Virus record (IMG/VR): IMGVR_UViG_3300045988_171772
Coordinates: 1 to 64,000 of that record
Source: a virus
Direction: 5' to 3' (one strand)
Length of the DNA stretch: 64,000 bases
In this document: piece after piece, positions 18,438-28,165 of the stretch
How the letters are laid out: each line of letters begins with the position of its first letter
Position numbering within the stretch: position 1 is the stretch's first letter
Notes under the pieces: model-generated
Told to the model about the DNA's origin: nothing
Database searches by the model: none
The model's input: the letters and a program-made list of their open reading frames with translations, nothing else
Program-made: the position numbers and the translations under genes

Positions 18438-20687
18438 ATGGAACACAAGTCGATATCTCAATTGGATCGTATGAGAGCATCCACCAATGTAATTGGAGAT
18501 GCGGAATACAAGGAGGCATTTCAGAATGTCTCTCATGTGGCTGCTGAGATTCTTTCTAGAACCTTAGGGCCTTATGCACATACTACCATCATTGATGATG
18601 GATCCTATCGGTATTCTACCAAGGATGGTTGGTCGATTGCCAATCGGATTCTTTTCAATGATGCTTTGGCCAATAGTCTCTTCTCCTTCATCAAGACAAT
18701 CTCTTTCAATCTGGTCTCTAAGGTTGGAGATGGTACGACAACTGCCATCGTGGCTGCGGATAAGTTTATTCGCAATATGGCCAAGACGGATCAGTTTAAG
18801 AATGTGAGACAGAAGGATCTTCTGGAGGATCTGGAGACTGCAAAGGAAACCATCATCCAGATGCTCAAGAATGGCGGATACATTCACACCATTCAGCAAG
18901 ATGGAGATATGGAAGATATCTATCGGATTGCCTATACCTCCACAAATGGAAATGCGAAGATTGCTTCTATGATCAAGCAGATCTATCTAGAGACTCACAA
19001 TCCTACCATCTATGTCAATATCGGAAATGATCTTGAGACTACGATGGAGATTCAGAATGGGTATCGGTTTGATTGTAATCCTATTATGCTCAAGAATTAC
19101 ACCAATACAGATACCAAGGAATTCAAGACGGATGTGGGAAATGCAAGTGCCATCTTCTTCAACCACAATGTCAATTATGTCACCCATCGGAGATTGATCG
19201 AAGAGATTCTGACTATGGTGCAGGATGCTCCTGCTCTGAGAGGAATGACCATCATTCTCATTGCTCCTTACTTTGATGATACTCTGAGTGGAGCCATCAA
19301 TAATGCAAATAACAAATTCGTCGCTAATGGTCTGAATCCTCCCATTATGATGATTCAGGTTCCGATGATGAATACTGTCCAGAAGCATTTCTATAATGAC
19401 TTCCGGGCTGTGATTGGCAATCTCTTCCTGGAAGAATCTGCGGTGGAGATGTTTAACAGACTGAAGGATCCGGATAAGTTCACGGATGAATCTCAGGAAG
19501 CCTTCAAGGATAACTTTAGCAATCTGGCTGGGTATCACTCCTGCAGAGAATTGATCATGGATTATCTGAAGCCGATGGATCATTGCACCATTGGTAAGGA
19601 TTTCATTCTGGTCGAAAAGTATGACAGAAACTCCAAGGATTTCAAAGAAGTATTCGAGGATGCCAAGAAGAACTATGAGGAAGAATTGGCAGAATCGGCT
19701 AAGAGAATGACCGATCTGGATCGCACCTTCATGAATGCCTCGATGCGGTATACTCGTATCTGTGGTAAGATGGGTATTATCAATGTCGGTGGTGCTTCTG
19801 AGCTGGAAAGAAAATGCCTGAAGGATAGTGTCGATGACGCTGTCTTGGCATCCAGATCTGCCTATGAGAATGGCTATGTCGCTGGTATGAATCTTTCTAT
19901 CATCAGTGCCATTGCTGCCTGTAAGAAGGAATTTACCGATTCTCAATTTGATGCTATCTATGATCTTCTGATGAAATCCTTCATGGATACCGATATGGAG
20001 ATCATTCGGAATATGATGCCGAATTGGTCCGATGAGGAGATTGACAAGTATCTCTGTCCTGTCTTCCAGAGAGCCATTCAGAATAAGTACGGCTTTGATC
20101 TGGTACGAGAGGAATTCGAAGATCCGAATCATCTCACTGTCATCAACTCGGTTATGACCGATATCGAGATTCTGAAATCTGTGGTATCCATTCTGGGATA
20201 TTCTCTTACTTCGAATCAGATGATCTCTATGACAAGAAGCTTTGACCGAGATGTCTTTACCAAGGTGAAGGAATCGGAAGAGACGGAGAAGTATTACCGG
20301 ATTGGTAAAGCAATTGCAGAGGCTATGAAGGATGCTAAGATCTTTCCGGATGTGGAACCTCTGGTGATCCAGAGAGATTTCCCGAAGAATGATATCGATC
20401 CTGGATTCTTTCAGGAAATTGATCCTGGAATCTATGAGAAAGTAAGTCCGGTGATCGAAGCCTCCAAGAAGACAGACCTCAATCCTCATGAGAAGATTGA
20501 GATCCCTGAGTGGGATAAGAGACAAGAGACCACTCCTTTTAGAGCGGATCTTGGTCCTACCTCTACAGGAGACAAGCTGCCTGATCTTGGTACCACTGTT
20601 TGTCATACAGGAGGGATTTCTTCTGTAACTTATGACAAGACTTCTGATGTCATCAACATCAGAGATATGGACCAGAGTAATCATTAA
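18438..20687 (+). CDS. GroEL/Cpn60-family chaperonin with a long C-terminal extension
   Basis: LGPYAHTTII..STKDGWSIA......KVGDGTTTAIVAA matches the GroEL N-terminal equatorial domain (GDGTTT ATP motif). VGGASELERKCLKDSVDDAVLASRSA matches the GroEL C-terminal equatorial segment. 749 aa versus about 550 for GroEL. Confidence 0.85.
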   Translation: MEHKSISQLDRMRASTNVIGDAEYKEAFQNVSHVAAEILSRTLGPYAHTTIIDDGSYRYSTKDGWSIANRILFNDALANSLFSFIKTISFNLVSKVGDGTTTAIVAADKFIRNMAKTDQFKNVRQKDLLEDLETAKETIIQMLKNGGYIHTIQQDGDMEDIYRIAYTSTNGNAKIASMIKQIYLETHNPTIYVNIGNDLETTMEIQNGYRFDCNPIMLKNYTNTDTKEFKTDVGNASAIFFNHNVNYVTHRRLIEEILTMVQDAPALRGMTIILIAPYFDDTLSGAINNANNKFVANGLNPPIMMIQVPMMNTVQKHFYNDFRAVIGNLFLEESAVEMFNRLKDPDKFTDESQEAFKDNFSNLAGYHSCRELIMDYLKPMDHCTIGKDFILVEKYDRNSKDFKEVFEDAKKNYEEELAESAKRMTDLDRTFMNASMRYTRICGKMGIINVGGASELERKCLKDSVDDAVLASRSAYENGYVAGMNLSIISAIAACKKEFTDSQFDAIYDLLMKSFMDTDMEIIRNMMPNWSDEEIDKYLCPVFQRAIQNKYGFDLVREEFEDPNHLTVINSVMTDIEILKSVVSILGYSLTSNQMISMTRSFDRDVFTKVKESEETEKYYRIGKAIAEAMKDAKIFPDVEPLVIQRDFPKNDIDPGFFQEIDPGIYEKVSPVIEASKKTDLNPHEKIEIPEWDKRQETTPFRADLGPTSTGDKLPDLGTTVCHTGGISSVTYDKTSDVINIRDMDQSNH

Positions 20688-20693
20688 AATACT

Positions 20694-20734
20694 GAGAGTA
20701 TACTCCATAGCGGGGTATACTCTTTTTTATTTTA
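20694..20734 (+). terminator. intrinsic terminator
   Basis: Stem AGAGTATAC/GTATACTCT + TTTTTATTTT, after the chaperonin gene. Confidence 0.75.
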
Positions 20735-20798
20735 ATCTTGTATATCATTGACATGGAAACGAGAAGATAATCAAAATGGAAAGGAACGACTCCGAATT

Positions 20799-21956
20799 AT
20801 GAATTATGATATCGCAGTGATTGCGGATATTCATTGGGATGCTCTTGACCCTAAGAAGCAATATCATGAATTGCAATTCTTCAATGCTTTTGTGGAGAGA
20901 GTCGAGCATCTGGATCTGGTAGTCATTGCAGGAGATGTCTTTGATACCAAGATTCTATTGAATAGCAAGACTTCTTTGAAAGCCCTTCAGTGGATGTCTG
21001 AATTGGTAGAGATCTGTAAGAAGAGAAATACCAAGATTCGGATTATCAAAGGGACAAATTCACATGATAATAACCAGCTGGATGCCTTTAATGGATATGA
21101 TAATGGAACCGATTTCTTTCATATTTTTAGACAGTGCACCAGTGAAGAGACCTTACCCGGAATGCAATGTCTCTATTGTCCGGATGAGGTTATGAGTCAG
21201 AAAGAATGGGAAGATGCCTATATCGATCTTCTCTATGGGAAGATCTATGATGCGGTATTCTTCCATGGATCCTTTGACATTGTCTTACCAGAGATCGTCA
21301 ATCAGGAATCTGAGTTTGTCGGTGCCAAAGGAATTGCCTTTAAGTATTCTCACTTCAGAGAGATTTCTCATGTCATGGTAGGAGGCCATTGGCATGATGG
21401 ATCTGCTTCTGAAGGAGAGCATATGTATTATACGAGATCTTATAGTCGGTGGAGTTATGGAGAGATGAACCCAAAAGGATTCGTCTATTTGAATTATGAT
21501 ACGGATGATAAATCGTACTGTCTTCAGAGAGTGGAGAATCCCTATGCAGATCTCTATATGACCTATAGTGTCGATACGAGAAGTATGCCAAATGTGGATT
21601 CTTATCAAGGACTGATACAAAAGATCCATGAAGACTTACAGGATCCCAAAGTGCATATCCGAATCTCAATCCGAATCACCGATACCAAGATTGAGAATCA
21701 GAATGCCATTGATATGCTGAGAAGAACCTTCATTGATCAGACGAGGAGAGTTAAGATTCACCTCAGGAATGAGATGAAGGAAGAGATCCGAAAGCGAGAT
21801 CAAGAGAGAACCGAGAGAATTCGGGATCGATTTGATTTTGTCCGGGATAAGAATAACACCACTTCTCAGATCATCCAGAAGTTTATTCATGAAACCAAGG
21901 ATGTCGATATATCATTAGAGGATATCGACCGATTTGTAACCAAGTATATGAGGTAA
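20799..21956 (+). CDS. Mre11/SbcD-family metallophosphoesterase nuclease
   Basis: Motifs IADIHWD, AGDVFD, GTNSHD, FFHGS, GGHWHD in the canonical order. Confidence 0.8.
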   Translation: MNYDIAVIADIHWDALDPKKQYHELQFFNAFVERVEHLDLVVIAGDVFDTKILLNSKTSLKALQWMSELVEICKKRNTKIRIIKGTNSHDNNQLDAFNGYDNGTDFFHIFRQCTSEETLPGMQCLYCPDEVMSQKEWEDAYIDLLYGKIYDAVFFHGSFDIVLPEIVNQESEFVGAKGIAFKYSHFREISHVMVGGHWHDGSASEGEHMYYTRSYSRWSYGEMNPKGFVYLNYDTDDKSYCLQRVENPYADLYMTYSVDTRSMPNVDSYQGLIQKIHEDLQDPKVHIRISIRITDTKIENQNAIDMLRRTFIDQTRRVKIHLRNEMKEEIRKRDQERTERIRDRFDFVRDKNNTTSQIIQKFIHETKDVDISLEDIDRFVTKYMR

Positions 21957-21962
21957 GGAACT

Positions 21963-22556
21963 ATGCCAAAAGATCTGATGATTGGAGAAGATGCCTATCA
22001 TCTCCAGACAGAAATCTTGGGTCTATTGCCAGAGCATCCGAAGCTGATCTTTGCATTGAAGAATAAGTATGCAGATGATCATGCTTGGGATACCGCATTG
22101 GAAGCAGATCCTTCCATCTTTGCTTTCTATAAAGACCCGGAATACAATGACTGTCTCAAGGCAGTCTTATTGGATGGAAGAAATATTCAGTATGTCCCCT
22201 ATCGGAATCTCACCTATGAAATCTGTGTCACATCCATTCGCTCTTTCCCGAGAGCGATTCTTCTCATCCCGAGAGAGAAATTGGATATGAGAATGATTCA
22301 GCAAGCTGTCGATCTGGATCCTTCCCTCATCAAAGAGTATGAAGATGAGTTAGATGGATTCTATATTGAGGATAAGATCAAGGAGATGCCCGAGCTCATT
22401 CTGTCTTTGAATCATCCGGATGATGATTGTATTGTCATAGCCATCAATGCAAATCCAGGATTGATGTTTAAGATGCCGAAGGAATGGTGGACCGAGACCG
22501 TGAAGAAAGAAATTCGAGAAACACATCCGGATTGGGATTCTTACATTCCGAATTAA
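21963..22556 (+). CDS. hypothetical protein (repeat-containing, DUF4116-like guess)
   Basis: 197 aa. Repeated ..A(V/L).(L/D)D(G/P)..I.Y(V/..)P segments. Confidence 0.4.
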   Translation: MPKDLMIGEDAYHLQTEILGLLPEHPKLIFALKNKYADDHAWDTALEADPSIFAFYKDPEYNDCLKAVLLDGRNIQYVPYRNLTYEICVTSIRSFPRAILLIPREKLDMRMIQQAVDLDPSLIKEYEDELDGFYIEDKIKEMPELILSLNHPDDDCIVIAINANPGLMFKMPKEWWTETVKKEIRETHPDWDSYIPN

Positions 22557-22614
22557 GCAAAAACCTATCTATATTTTGTAAAATCGAAAAAGATGGGAGT
22601 GTGTGATAATCCCA

Positions 22615-24348
22615 ATGGCCAGAATCAAGAGAAGATCGAAATCTTCGAATACTACTTCCTCTTCGAGACAGACTTTCCATATGAATCTGGATAGTCATAT
22701 GATCGAGTCTCTCTTGAAGTATGTGGTGGCTGAGTGTGTCACCACATCCGAACTCAATAACCTGAGAAAGTTATTGGAGAGAATCGACTTAGAGGATTTT
22801 AAGTTTTCACAAGCGAAATACAATAACATTCGTCTTGTCAAATATATCAGTGAAGCAAAGAGTACAGGATCTCTGGAAGATACCGGTGCGATCTGCTCCT
22901 ATGTCATAGACAAATGCCCGGAATTGTCCGAGGCATTACAAACCGTCAATTGGGACAAGAATCAGATGTCCCCGGTAGATGCCAGACAGATTTCGAGGAG
23001 TATCTCGGAGAAACTTCAGTATTCTATTATCATGAGTATGGAAGATGAGATTGTTTCTCTCTATGACAAACTTCGGAACTGCGGCTTCTATAGTATGAGT
23101 GAGTATACCAAAACTCTTCGAGAGGTACTCACTCGTGGATTGACCTCCATGCAAAAGACTGCCATATCGAGTGGTATGGTGGATGAAATTGATTTCAGTA
23201 GTGTGGATGGCATTGATACCCTTCGGACGATTGTCGAAAGAGCCCATCGTCCGGGTGCTGTCCTATCTACCGGAATCAAGGCACTCAATGCCATTCTGTC
23301 TCCCGGATTCCAATCGGGAAGACTGTATACCTTCTTGGGATTGACTGGTGGTTTTAAATCCGGTATGTTGCTGAATTTGGCGGATGAGATTCGTCAATGT
23401 AATCCAAGAATCTTAGACCAAAATGAAGACAAACAAAAGACCATCCTCTTCATCACGATGGAGAACTCGATCAACGAGACTGTGGGAAGACTGTATGATA
23501 TGTATAGCGATGAAAATGCTGACATAGCGACAGATCCCTATGAGAAGGTGGTAGAGGTTCTCCATAAAGAAGCTGGATATACCTTCGGGGCTTCTTTCAT
23601 TGACAAGGATGGAAATGATATCTCTAAGGAAAATGCCAAGAAGCATATCAGCATCCACTTTGTCTACAAAGCGAATCTGAGCATTACTACGGGTGATCTC
23701 TATACCATGATCCAGTCTCTGGAAGACCAGGGGAAAGAAGTCATCTGTGTCATTCTTGATTATATCAAGAGAATTGACTCGGTGAATGACTGGTATGGAG
23801 ATGAGCGGATTCGTCTTGCGAATGTCGCTCAGGAATTAAAATCTCTTGCAGAGTATTTCCAGATTCCGGTCATTACGGCACAGCAGGTAAACCGTGAAGG
23901 TAATGCCATTGTCGATGCCGCCATGAGAGAGAATAAGCAGGATGTCTTGCAGTTTGTCGGATCTGCGAATATTGGTTCCTCCTGGGCCATTGCAGAAGAG
24001 TCTGACTGGATGGCGATTCTGAATCGTGAGAGACAGAAGGGGACCAACCAACTCTATCTCACCGTCAAGAGAGTCAAGATTCGTGGGAAATCGGATCCCA
24101 AGGCATTGGATTACTTCAATCATCCCTTTACGAATGAGAAGTGTATCCGTCTTGAGATGGATTATGACAAACCCTTCTCGGTATCCAAACGTTCTTTGGC
24201 TTCTACTCTGGAAGCAGTCTCTACCGATGATCCCTTTGAGAATGATCACAGTAGACCCTCCATTCATGACATCAAAGATCCGAGAAAGAAAGCAAAGTTG
24301 GCCATGCAGAAAGCTGGTTTGGAAGAAATCGGAGATATGGAGCTGTAA
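22615..24348 (+). CDS. DnaB/gp41-family replicative helicase (RecA-like C-terminal domain)
   Basis: Walker A-like LGLTGGFKSG (deviant), Walker B VILDYIKRI, helicase motif H4 ITAQQVNREGN. Confidence 0.7.
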   Translation: MARIKRRSKSSNTTSSSRQTFHMNLDSHMIESLLKYVVAECVTTSELNNLRKLLERIDLEDFKFSQAKYNNIRLVKYISEAKSTGSLEDTGAICSYVIDKCPELSEALQTVNWDKNQMSPVDARQISRSISEKLQYSIIMSMEDEIVSLYDKLRNCGFYSMSEYTKTLREVLTRGLTSMQKTAISSGMVDEIDFSSVDGIDTLRTIVERAHRPGAVLSTGIKALNAILSPGFQSGRLYTFLGLTGGFKSGMLLNLADEIRQCNPRILDQNEDKQKTILFITMENSINETVGRLYDMYSDENADIATDPYEKVVEVLHKEAGYTFGASFIDKDGNDISKENAKKHISIHFVYKANLSITTGDLYTMIQSLEDQGKEVICVILDYIKRIDSVNDWYGDERIRLANVAQELKSLAEYFQIPVITAQQVNREGNAIVDAAMRENKQDVLQFVGSANIGSSWAIAEESDWMAILNRERQKGTNQLYLTVKRVKIRGKSDPKALDYFNHPFTNEKCIRLEMDYDKPFSVSKRSLASTLEAVSTDDPFENDHSRPSIHDIKDPRKKAKLAMQKAGLEEIGDMEL

Positions 24349-24364
24349 GTCGAGTCAAAATAAA

Positions 24365-24419
24365 TTCCGTATAGAGAATGATCCAAGAGGAATCGTCTTT
24401 ATACGGAATCTTTTGGTTT
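24365..24419. terminator. hairpin between convergent genes
   Basis: TTCCGTATA...TATACGGAA + TCTTTTGGTTT. Confidence 0.6.
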
Positions 24420-24420
24420 G

Positions 24421-24900
24421 TTAGGTAGAAGATGCATTGATCTCCTCGGCATTCTGTTTCTGCAACATGGATGTGACAGACTTTCTGTCTTTGGAGACCT
24501 CAGACTGATTCTCCGAGATGAAGGTCTTATCCACAGACAATACCGTTGAGAAGGCAGAGATTCCCTCACGGGTAAACACCTTGATGACATTGTCTCGAGA
24601 GAAATCGAACTCAGTCAGAGAATGAATCTGATTTGCAAAGATGATGGACCACCAGTAGGAAGTCGTACCATAGAGATTGAAGGAAAGTCTCTTGGGATTG
24701 TAGCGATACTTTCGCATCTCTTCCTGAGACAATTCAATCTCTGTGATGTAATCTCGGATGTATTGGACATATCGATCCATGATGGATTGATAATTCATAA
24801 TAACATGGAGATTATCTTCCGAGATAACTTTCTGGTAGTAGTAGTTCGGATACTTGACAGATTTATTCTGCTCGGTCTGGATGAATTGATCGATGGTCAT
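24421..24900 (-). CDS. hypothetical protein
   Basis: GAGGTG RBS. Part of a two-gene minus-strand cassette inside the plus-strand block. Confidence 0.6.
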   Translation of the reverse strand: MTIDQFIQTEQNKSVKYPNYYYQKVISEDNLHVIMNYQSIMDRYVQYIRDYITEIELSQEEMRKYRYNPKRLSFNLYGTTSYWWSIIFANQIHSLTEFDFSRDNVIKVFTREGISAFSTVLSVDKTFISENQSEVSKDRKSVTSMLQKQNAEEINASST

Positions 24901-24908
24901 AATTCACC

Positions 24909-25367
24909 TCATTCACCAACCTCACCTTCATCAATCCCCATAGACTGATAGAGGTAAGATTTGTAATTCTTATTGACAGACTTGGACTTGGAATACTCAG
25001 ACTGATCTGTCATATTGGTGATGTAGAGTGTATTGACAGAGTCTCCGGTATTTCCAATGGTCAATTCAGCACCCTTCTTGAGGATGGGTCGTTTGAATTC
25101 CATATTGTCTTTTGTCTTGATCTTGAGATAATTGGCGGTGGTAACGGTACCAGCTGATGTGATGGTACACTCTCCATCATTGATGAAGCAGGAAGTATCC
25201 AATGGAGAGGGAGTCTCCAAGGCATCCCCCTGCTCCACAAGAGGAAGAACATTCGGTACATAGACTTTGTAAGAATCCGCATCCTGAGACAAGGAATCTT
25301 CATCTACCATATACCCAACTTCTTCCGTATTCAACTTCCATTGGGAAATCCCTGTTAAATCAGCCAT
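24909..25367 (-). CDS. hypothetical protein (possibly structural)
   Basis: GGAG RBS, 152 aa, beta-rich composition. Confidence 0.55.
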   Translation of the reverse strand: MADLTGISQWKLNTEEVGYMVDEDSLSQDADSYKVYVPNVLPLVEQGDALETPSPLDTSCFINDGECTITSAGTVTTANYLKIKTKDNMEFKRPILKKGAELTIGNTGDSVNTLYITNMTDQSEYSKSKSVNKNYKSYLYQSMGIDEGEVGE

Positions 25368-25474
25368 TGTAAATCTCTCATCTCCATAGCAAATCTTAAT
25401 CTGAAGTTAAATTACTTAGGATTCTAGGGAATCCAGATAGTATCTCCTGACAGAAAGGATGATGAATTCTCTCT

Positions 25475-26719
25475 ATGAAAGAGAAGAACGCTAAGCGTGT
25501 GATGCGGATGCCCATCCCTCCGAATATGATCAACTTTACTCCAAATGAATCTCAGCAGGGTGCTTTACAGGCAATGAAACATTGGTATGAGGAAGAGAAG
25601 ACCTTCAAACCTTACTTTACCTTATCGGGCGCTGCTGGTACTGGTAAGACTTCTCTGATCTTATACTTCTTCCAGATGATGGGGTTCTCGATGGATGATT
25701 TTATCTGTGCTGCCTATGTAGGAAAGGCAGTGACTGTATTGGCTTCGAAGGGTCTTCCTGCCAAGACGATCCATTCCCTCATCTATAAGAGGGTCATCTC
25801 CTATGAGAAAGATGAGCAAGGGAATATCGTCTTAGACGAAGATGGAAATCCCAAAGAGAAGTTTGCGTTTGTCTTGCGAGACAGACTCGAAGGAGATTAC
25901 AAGATCATTGCCATTGATGAGGCCTCTATGGTAGATACCAATATGGAGGCAGACTTACTCTCCTTTGGAATTCCTATCATCTTCATTGGGGATCATCATC
26001 AGCTTCCTCCCATCTTTGGGAATTCTGCTGTCATGATGAATCCAGATTACATCCTCAATCAGATTATGAGACAGAATCGAGACAATCCCATCATCTATCT
26101 GTCTCAGTTGGTGATCCGAGGAATGCCATTGGAATTGGGTACTTATGGAGATTCCAAGATCACTGCTGAGGTAGATCTTGGTACCAATCTTCTGACCGAT
26201 TATGATACCATCATTATGGGAAGAAATAAGGTCAGGCAGATGTTTAATGACCATATCCGATTCAGAATCTTAGGTGCCAAAGACTTTCTCCCGATGGAAG
26301 GAGAGAAACTCATCTGTAGACAGAATAACTGGAATCAGGAGTTGGGAGATGGTCTCTATCTCACGAATGGTACCCAAGGGATCTGTGATCATGTCTACTT
26401 TGATAAGATGAAGAAGGGTATAGTTCCCATAGACTTTACTCCGGATATCACCAAGAGAAAGATTCGGAAGCTGGGGATGGATACCAAGTATCTCAAGCTC
26501 AAATGCTATGAGACAAATGACTATGGCATCTCTCCCTATAACAAGTTTGAGTATTCCTATGCCATCACAGCGCATCTTTCTCAAGGCAGTGAATGGCCAT
26601 CGGTACTCTTCCTGGATGGGAAATTCCAGGATTATGACACGACACAAAAATTACGGTATACAGCGATCACAAGAGCTTCTGAGAAGATTCATATTGTCAT
26701 ACAAGGAAGGAGACTATAA
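25475..26719 (+). CDS. SF1B helicase (Dda/RecD/Pif1-like)
   Basis: Walker A SGAAGTGKTS, Walker B IAIDEASMVD, FIGDHHQLPPI, YAITAHLSQGSEW, YTAITRA. Confidence 0.85.
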   Translation: MKEKNAKRVMRMPIPPNMINFTPNESQQGALQAMKHWYEEEKTFKPYFTLSGAAGTGKTSLILYFFQMMGFSMDDFICAAYVGKAVTVLASKGLPAKTIHSLIYKRVISYEKDEQGNIVLDEDGNPKEKFAFVLRDRLEGDYKIIAIDEASMVDTNMEADLLSFGIPIIFIGDHHQLPPIFGNSAVMMNPDYILNQIMRQNRDNPIIYLSQLVIRGMPLELGTYGDSKITAEVDLGTNLLTDYDTIIMGRNKVRQMFNDHIRFRILGAKDFLPMEGEKLICRQNNWNQELGDGLYLTNGTQGICDHVYFDKMKKGIVPIDFTPDITKRKIRKLGMDTKYLKLKCYETNDYGISPYNKFEYSYAITAHLSQGSEWPSVLFLDGKFQDYDTTQKLRYTAITRASEKIHIVIQGRRL

Positions 26720-26750
26720 AATAGGTCGAAAATGACCGGTAAAATCTCTA

Positions 26751-26758
26751 TATATTAT
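26751..26758 (+). promoter_or_regulatory. TATATTAT promoter-like motif
   Basis: ctcTATATATTATtta, 56 nt upstream of ATG 26814. Confidence 0.5.
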
Positions 26759-26813
26759 TTAGGTATAATAAGACAAGGAAGAAGTCTCTAAAACCACAGA
26801 AAGGAAGCTCTAT

Positions 26814-27068
26814 ATGAAAATCGCCATCGTGATTAGCCAGGAAGATTTCGAACTGGCTAATGAGATTACTCGGAAGTGTGGGTATGAGATCCCGCACTCC
26901 TATAACCGGAAAGGAAATGTCGTGGTGGAAACCAATGACATCACACCCTGGTTGAAGAAGCTGAGGTTCGGTCTGAACTTTGTGACGGCCGATACCATCA
27001 TCAAGTATAGGAGGAAATTGGAAAAGACGGTGATGTCCATCATCCCGTTGAAAAAGATCTTTAAGTAA
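26814..27068 (+). CDS. hypothetical small protein
   Basis: GAAAGGAAG RBS, TATATTAT 56 nt upstream, terminator downstream. Confidence 0.55.
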   Translation: MKIAIVISQEDFELANEITRKCGYEIPHSYNRKGNVVVETNDITPWLKKLRFGLNFVTADTIIKYRRKLEKTVMSIIPLKKIFK

Positions 27069-27070
27069 GA

Positions 27071-27144
27071 AAGAAGGTATCTATGACAGAGTATGTCTAT
27101 TGAAAAGATCATACAAAATTCTGTCATGGATACCTTCTTTTTTG
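27071..27144 (+). terminator. intrinsic terminator
   Basis: GAAGGTATC.ATGACAG...CTGTCATGGATACCTTC + TTTTTT. Confidence 0.75.
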
Positions 27145-27172
27145 TAATCGAAAAGTCGACCTATAAAGTCTA

Positions 27173-27180
27173 TATATTAT
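27173..27180 (+). promoter_or_regulatory. TATATTAT promoter-like motif
   Basis: gtcTATATATTATata, 56 nt upstream of ATG 27236, after a terminator. Confidence 0.5.
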
Positions 27181-27235
27181 ATAGATAAGAATAGGGAATC
27201 GATACCTTAAATATCTTTAAAAGGAGTAATTCAAA

Positions 27236-27493
27236 ATGACTTTCAACACTTGGATCAATTTGTTCTTTTCCAATGGTGGCATAATCGTTGTCACCATCTA
27301 TGCTATCTTCTCTGTTGCAGCCACCCTGCAGATGATCTATAAGACTCATCTCCAGAAAAAGCGGAATGTCAGTAACCCTGAAGTGATCGTGCTTCTGATC
27401 ATGACCATCTTCAAATGGATTGCTGGAATTGCATTCCCAGCATCTTTGGTTATCACTATGGTTCATGTGTCTGAACTGAACCTTGGTCTGTAA
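27236..27493 (+). CDS. small membrane protein (2-3 TM)
   Basis: AAAGGAG RBS. Hydrophobic segments IIVVTIYAIFSVAA and VIVLLIMTIFKWIAGIAF. Confidence 0.55.
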   Translation: MTFNTWINLFFSNGGIIVVTIYAIFSVAATLQMIYKTHLQKKRNVSNPEVIVLLIMTIFKWIAGIAFPASLVITMVHVSELNLGL

Positions 27494-27506
27494 AGGAGCA
27501 TATATC

Positions 27507-27668
27507 ATGAATATCACTGCTATCATCTTTGTCATCTCTATCATCTGCTTCCTCATCTCCCTCCCGATCCTCATCGCTTACATCAAGTGGAGCAAGTCCT
27601 ACTCCAAATATTGGAGTGAGTCTGTATACATGATCGAGGGTCTCTCTGATCAGATTCTTCATCACTGA
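27507..27668 (+). CDS. small membrane protein (1 TM)
   Basis: AAAGGAG 8 nt upstream. ITAIIFVISIICFLISLPILIAYI. Confidence 0.5.
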   Translation: MNITAIIFVISIICFLISLPILIAYIKWSKSYSKYWSESVYMIEGLSDQILHH

Positions 27669-27679
27669 TCGGAGAAAAA

Positions 27680-27731
27680 GAATGGATACCTCTGAGACTG
27701 GATTAATTCTCTCGGGTATCCATTCTTTTTT
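27680..27731 (+). terminator. intrinsic terminator
   Basis: GAATGGATACC...GGGTATCCATTC + TTTTTT. Confidence 0.8.
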
Positions 27732-27856
27732 GTATATTTACTCCCTATTTCTCTATCGAATTACTCATTTTACAATTTCTAAAATGTCAAATATATGCGA
27801 CATTCTGTAAAGCATACCAGACAAAATGTAAAACGAGATATAGGATTTTCAAAATT
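27726..27856 (+). repeat. ~130-nt non-coding repeat, copy 1
   Basis: Near-identical to 46378-46506: TTTGTATATTTAC.CC.ATTTCTCTATCGAATTACTCAT...AAAATGTCAAATATATGCGACATTCTGTAAA.CATACCAGACAAAATGTAAAACGAGATA..GATTTTCAAAATT. Confidence 0.85.
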
Positions 27857-28102
27857 GAGAAATTTCAAATTACTCTTCGAATTACTCAATATAGAAGAAA
27901 GGTATTCTCATCTGAATTTTCATTTGAATCTTGGTTAGATATTTTCCTATATACGACAGTGCCGATATTCCCACTATATGACGCAGTAAAATCTCTCACT
28001 ACGGTTCTAGTTTGGGCACTGCAATTGAAAAATATATCCCGAAGAATCCATCCAGATGGGCACAAGGTATTTGGTTATTTGGTGTGAAGTAATTTTATTA
28101 TA

Positions 28103-28165
28103 CAAAAAGAAAGGTATGATACTTTACTCTGATAGATAGAGCGATAGTCATCATACCTTTCTTTT
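28103..28165 (-). terminator. intrinsic terminator
   Basis: AAAGAAAGGTATGAT...ATCATACCTTTCTTT, T-rich on both sides. Confidence 0.7.

Noticed and set aside
27236-27668. Small membrane proteins here and at 57977..58473 as holin or lysis cassettes.
   Set aside because: No adjacent endolysin or spanin is present. The only hydrolase-like gene (30770..31441) is separated from them and is itself uncertain.
27784-27810. Conserved 8-codon mini-ORF (MSNICDIL) inside both copies of the 130-nt repeat.
   Set aside because: There is no RBS and it is too short. The conservation is equally explained by the nucleotide-level identity of the whole repeat.
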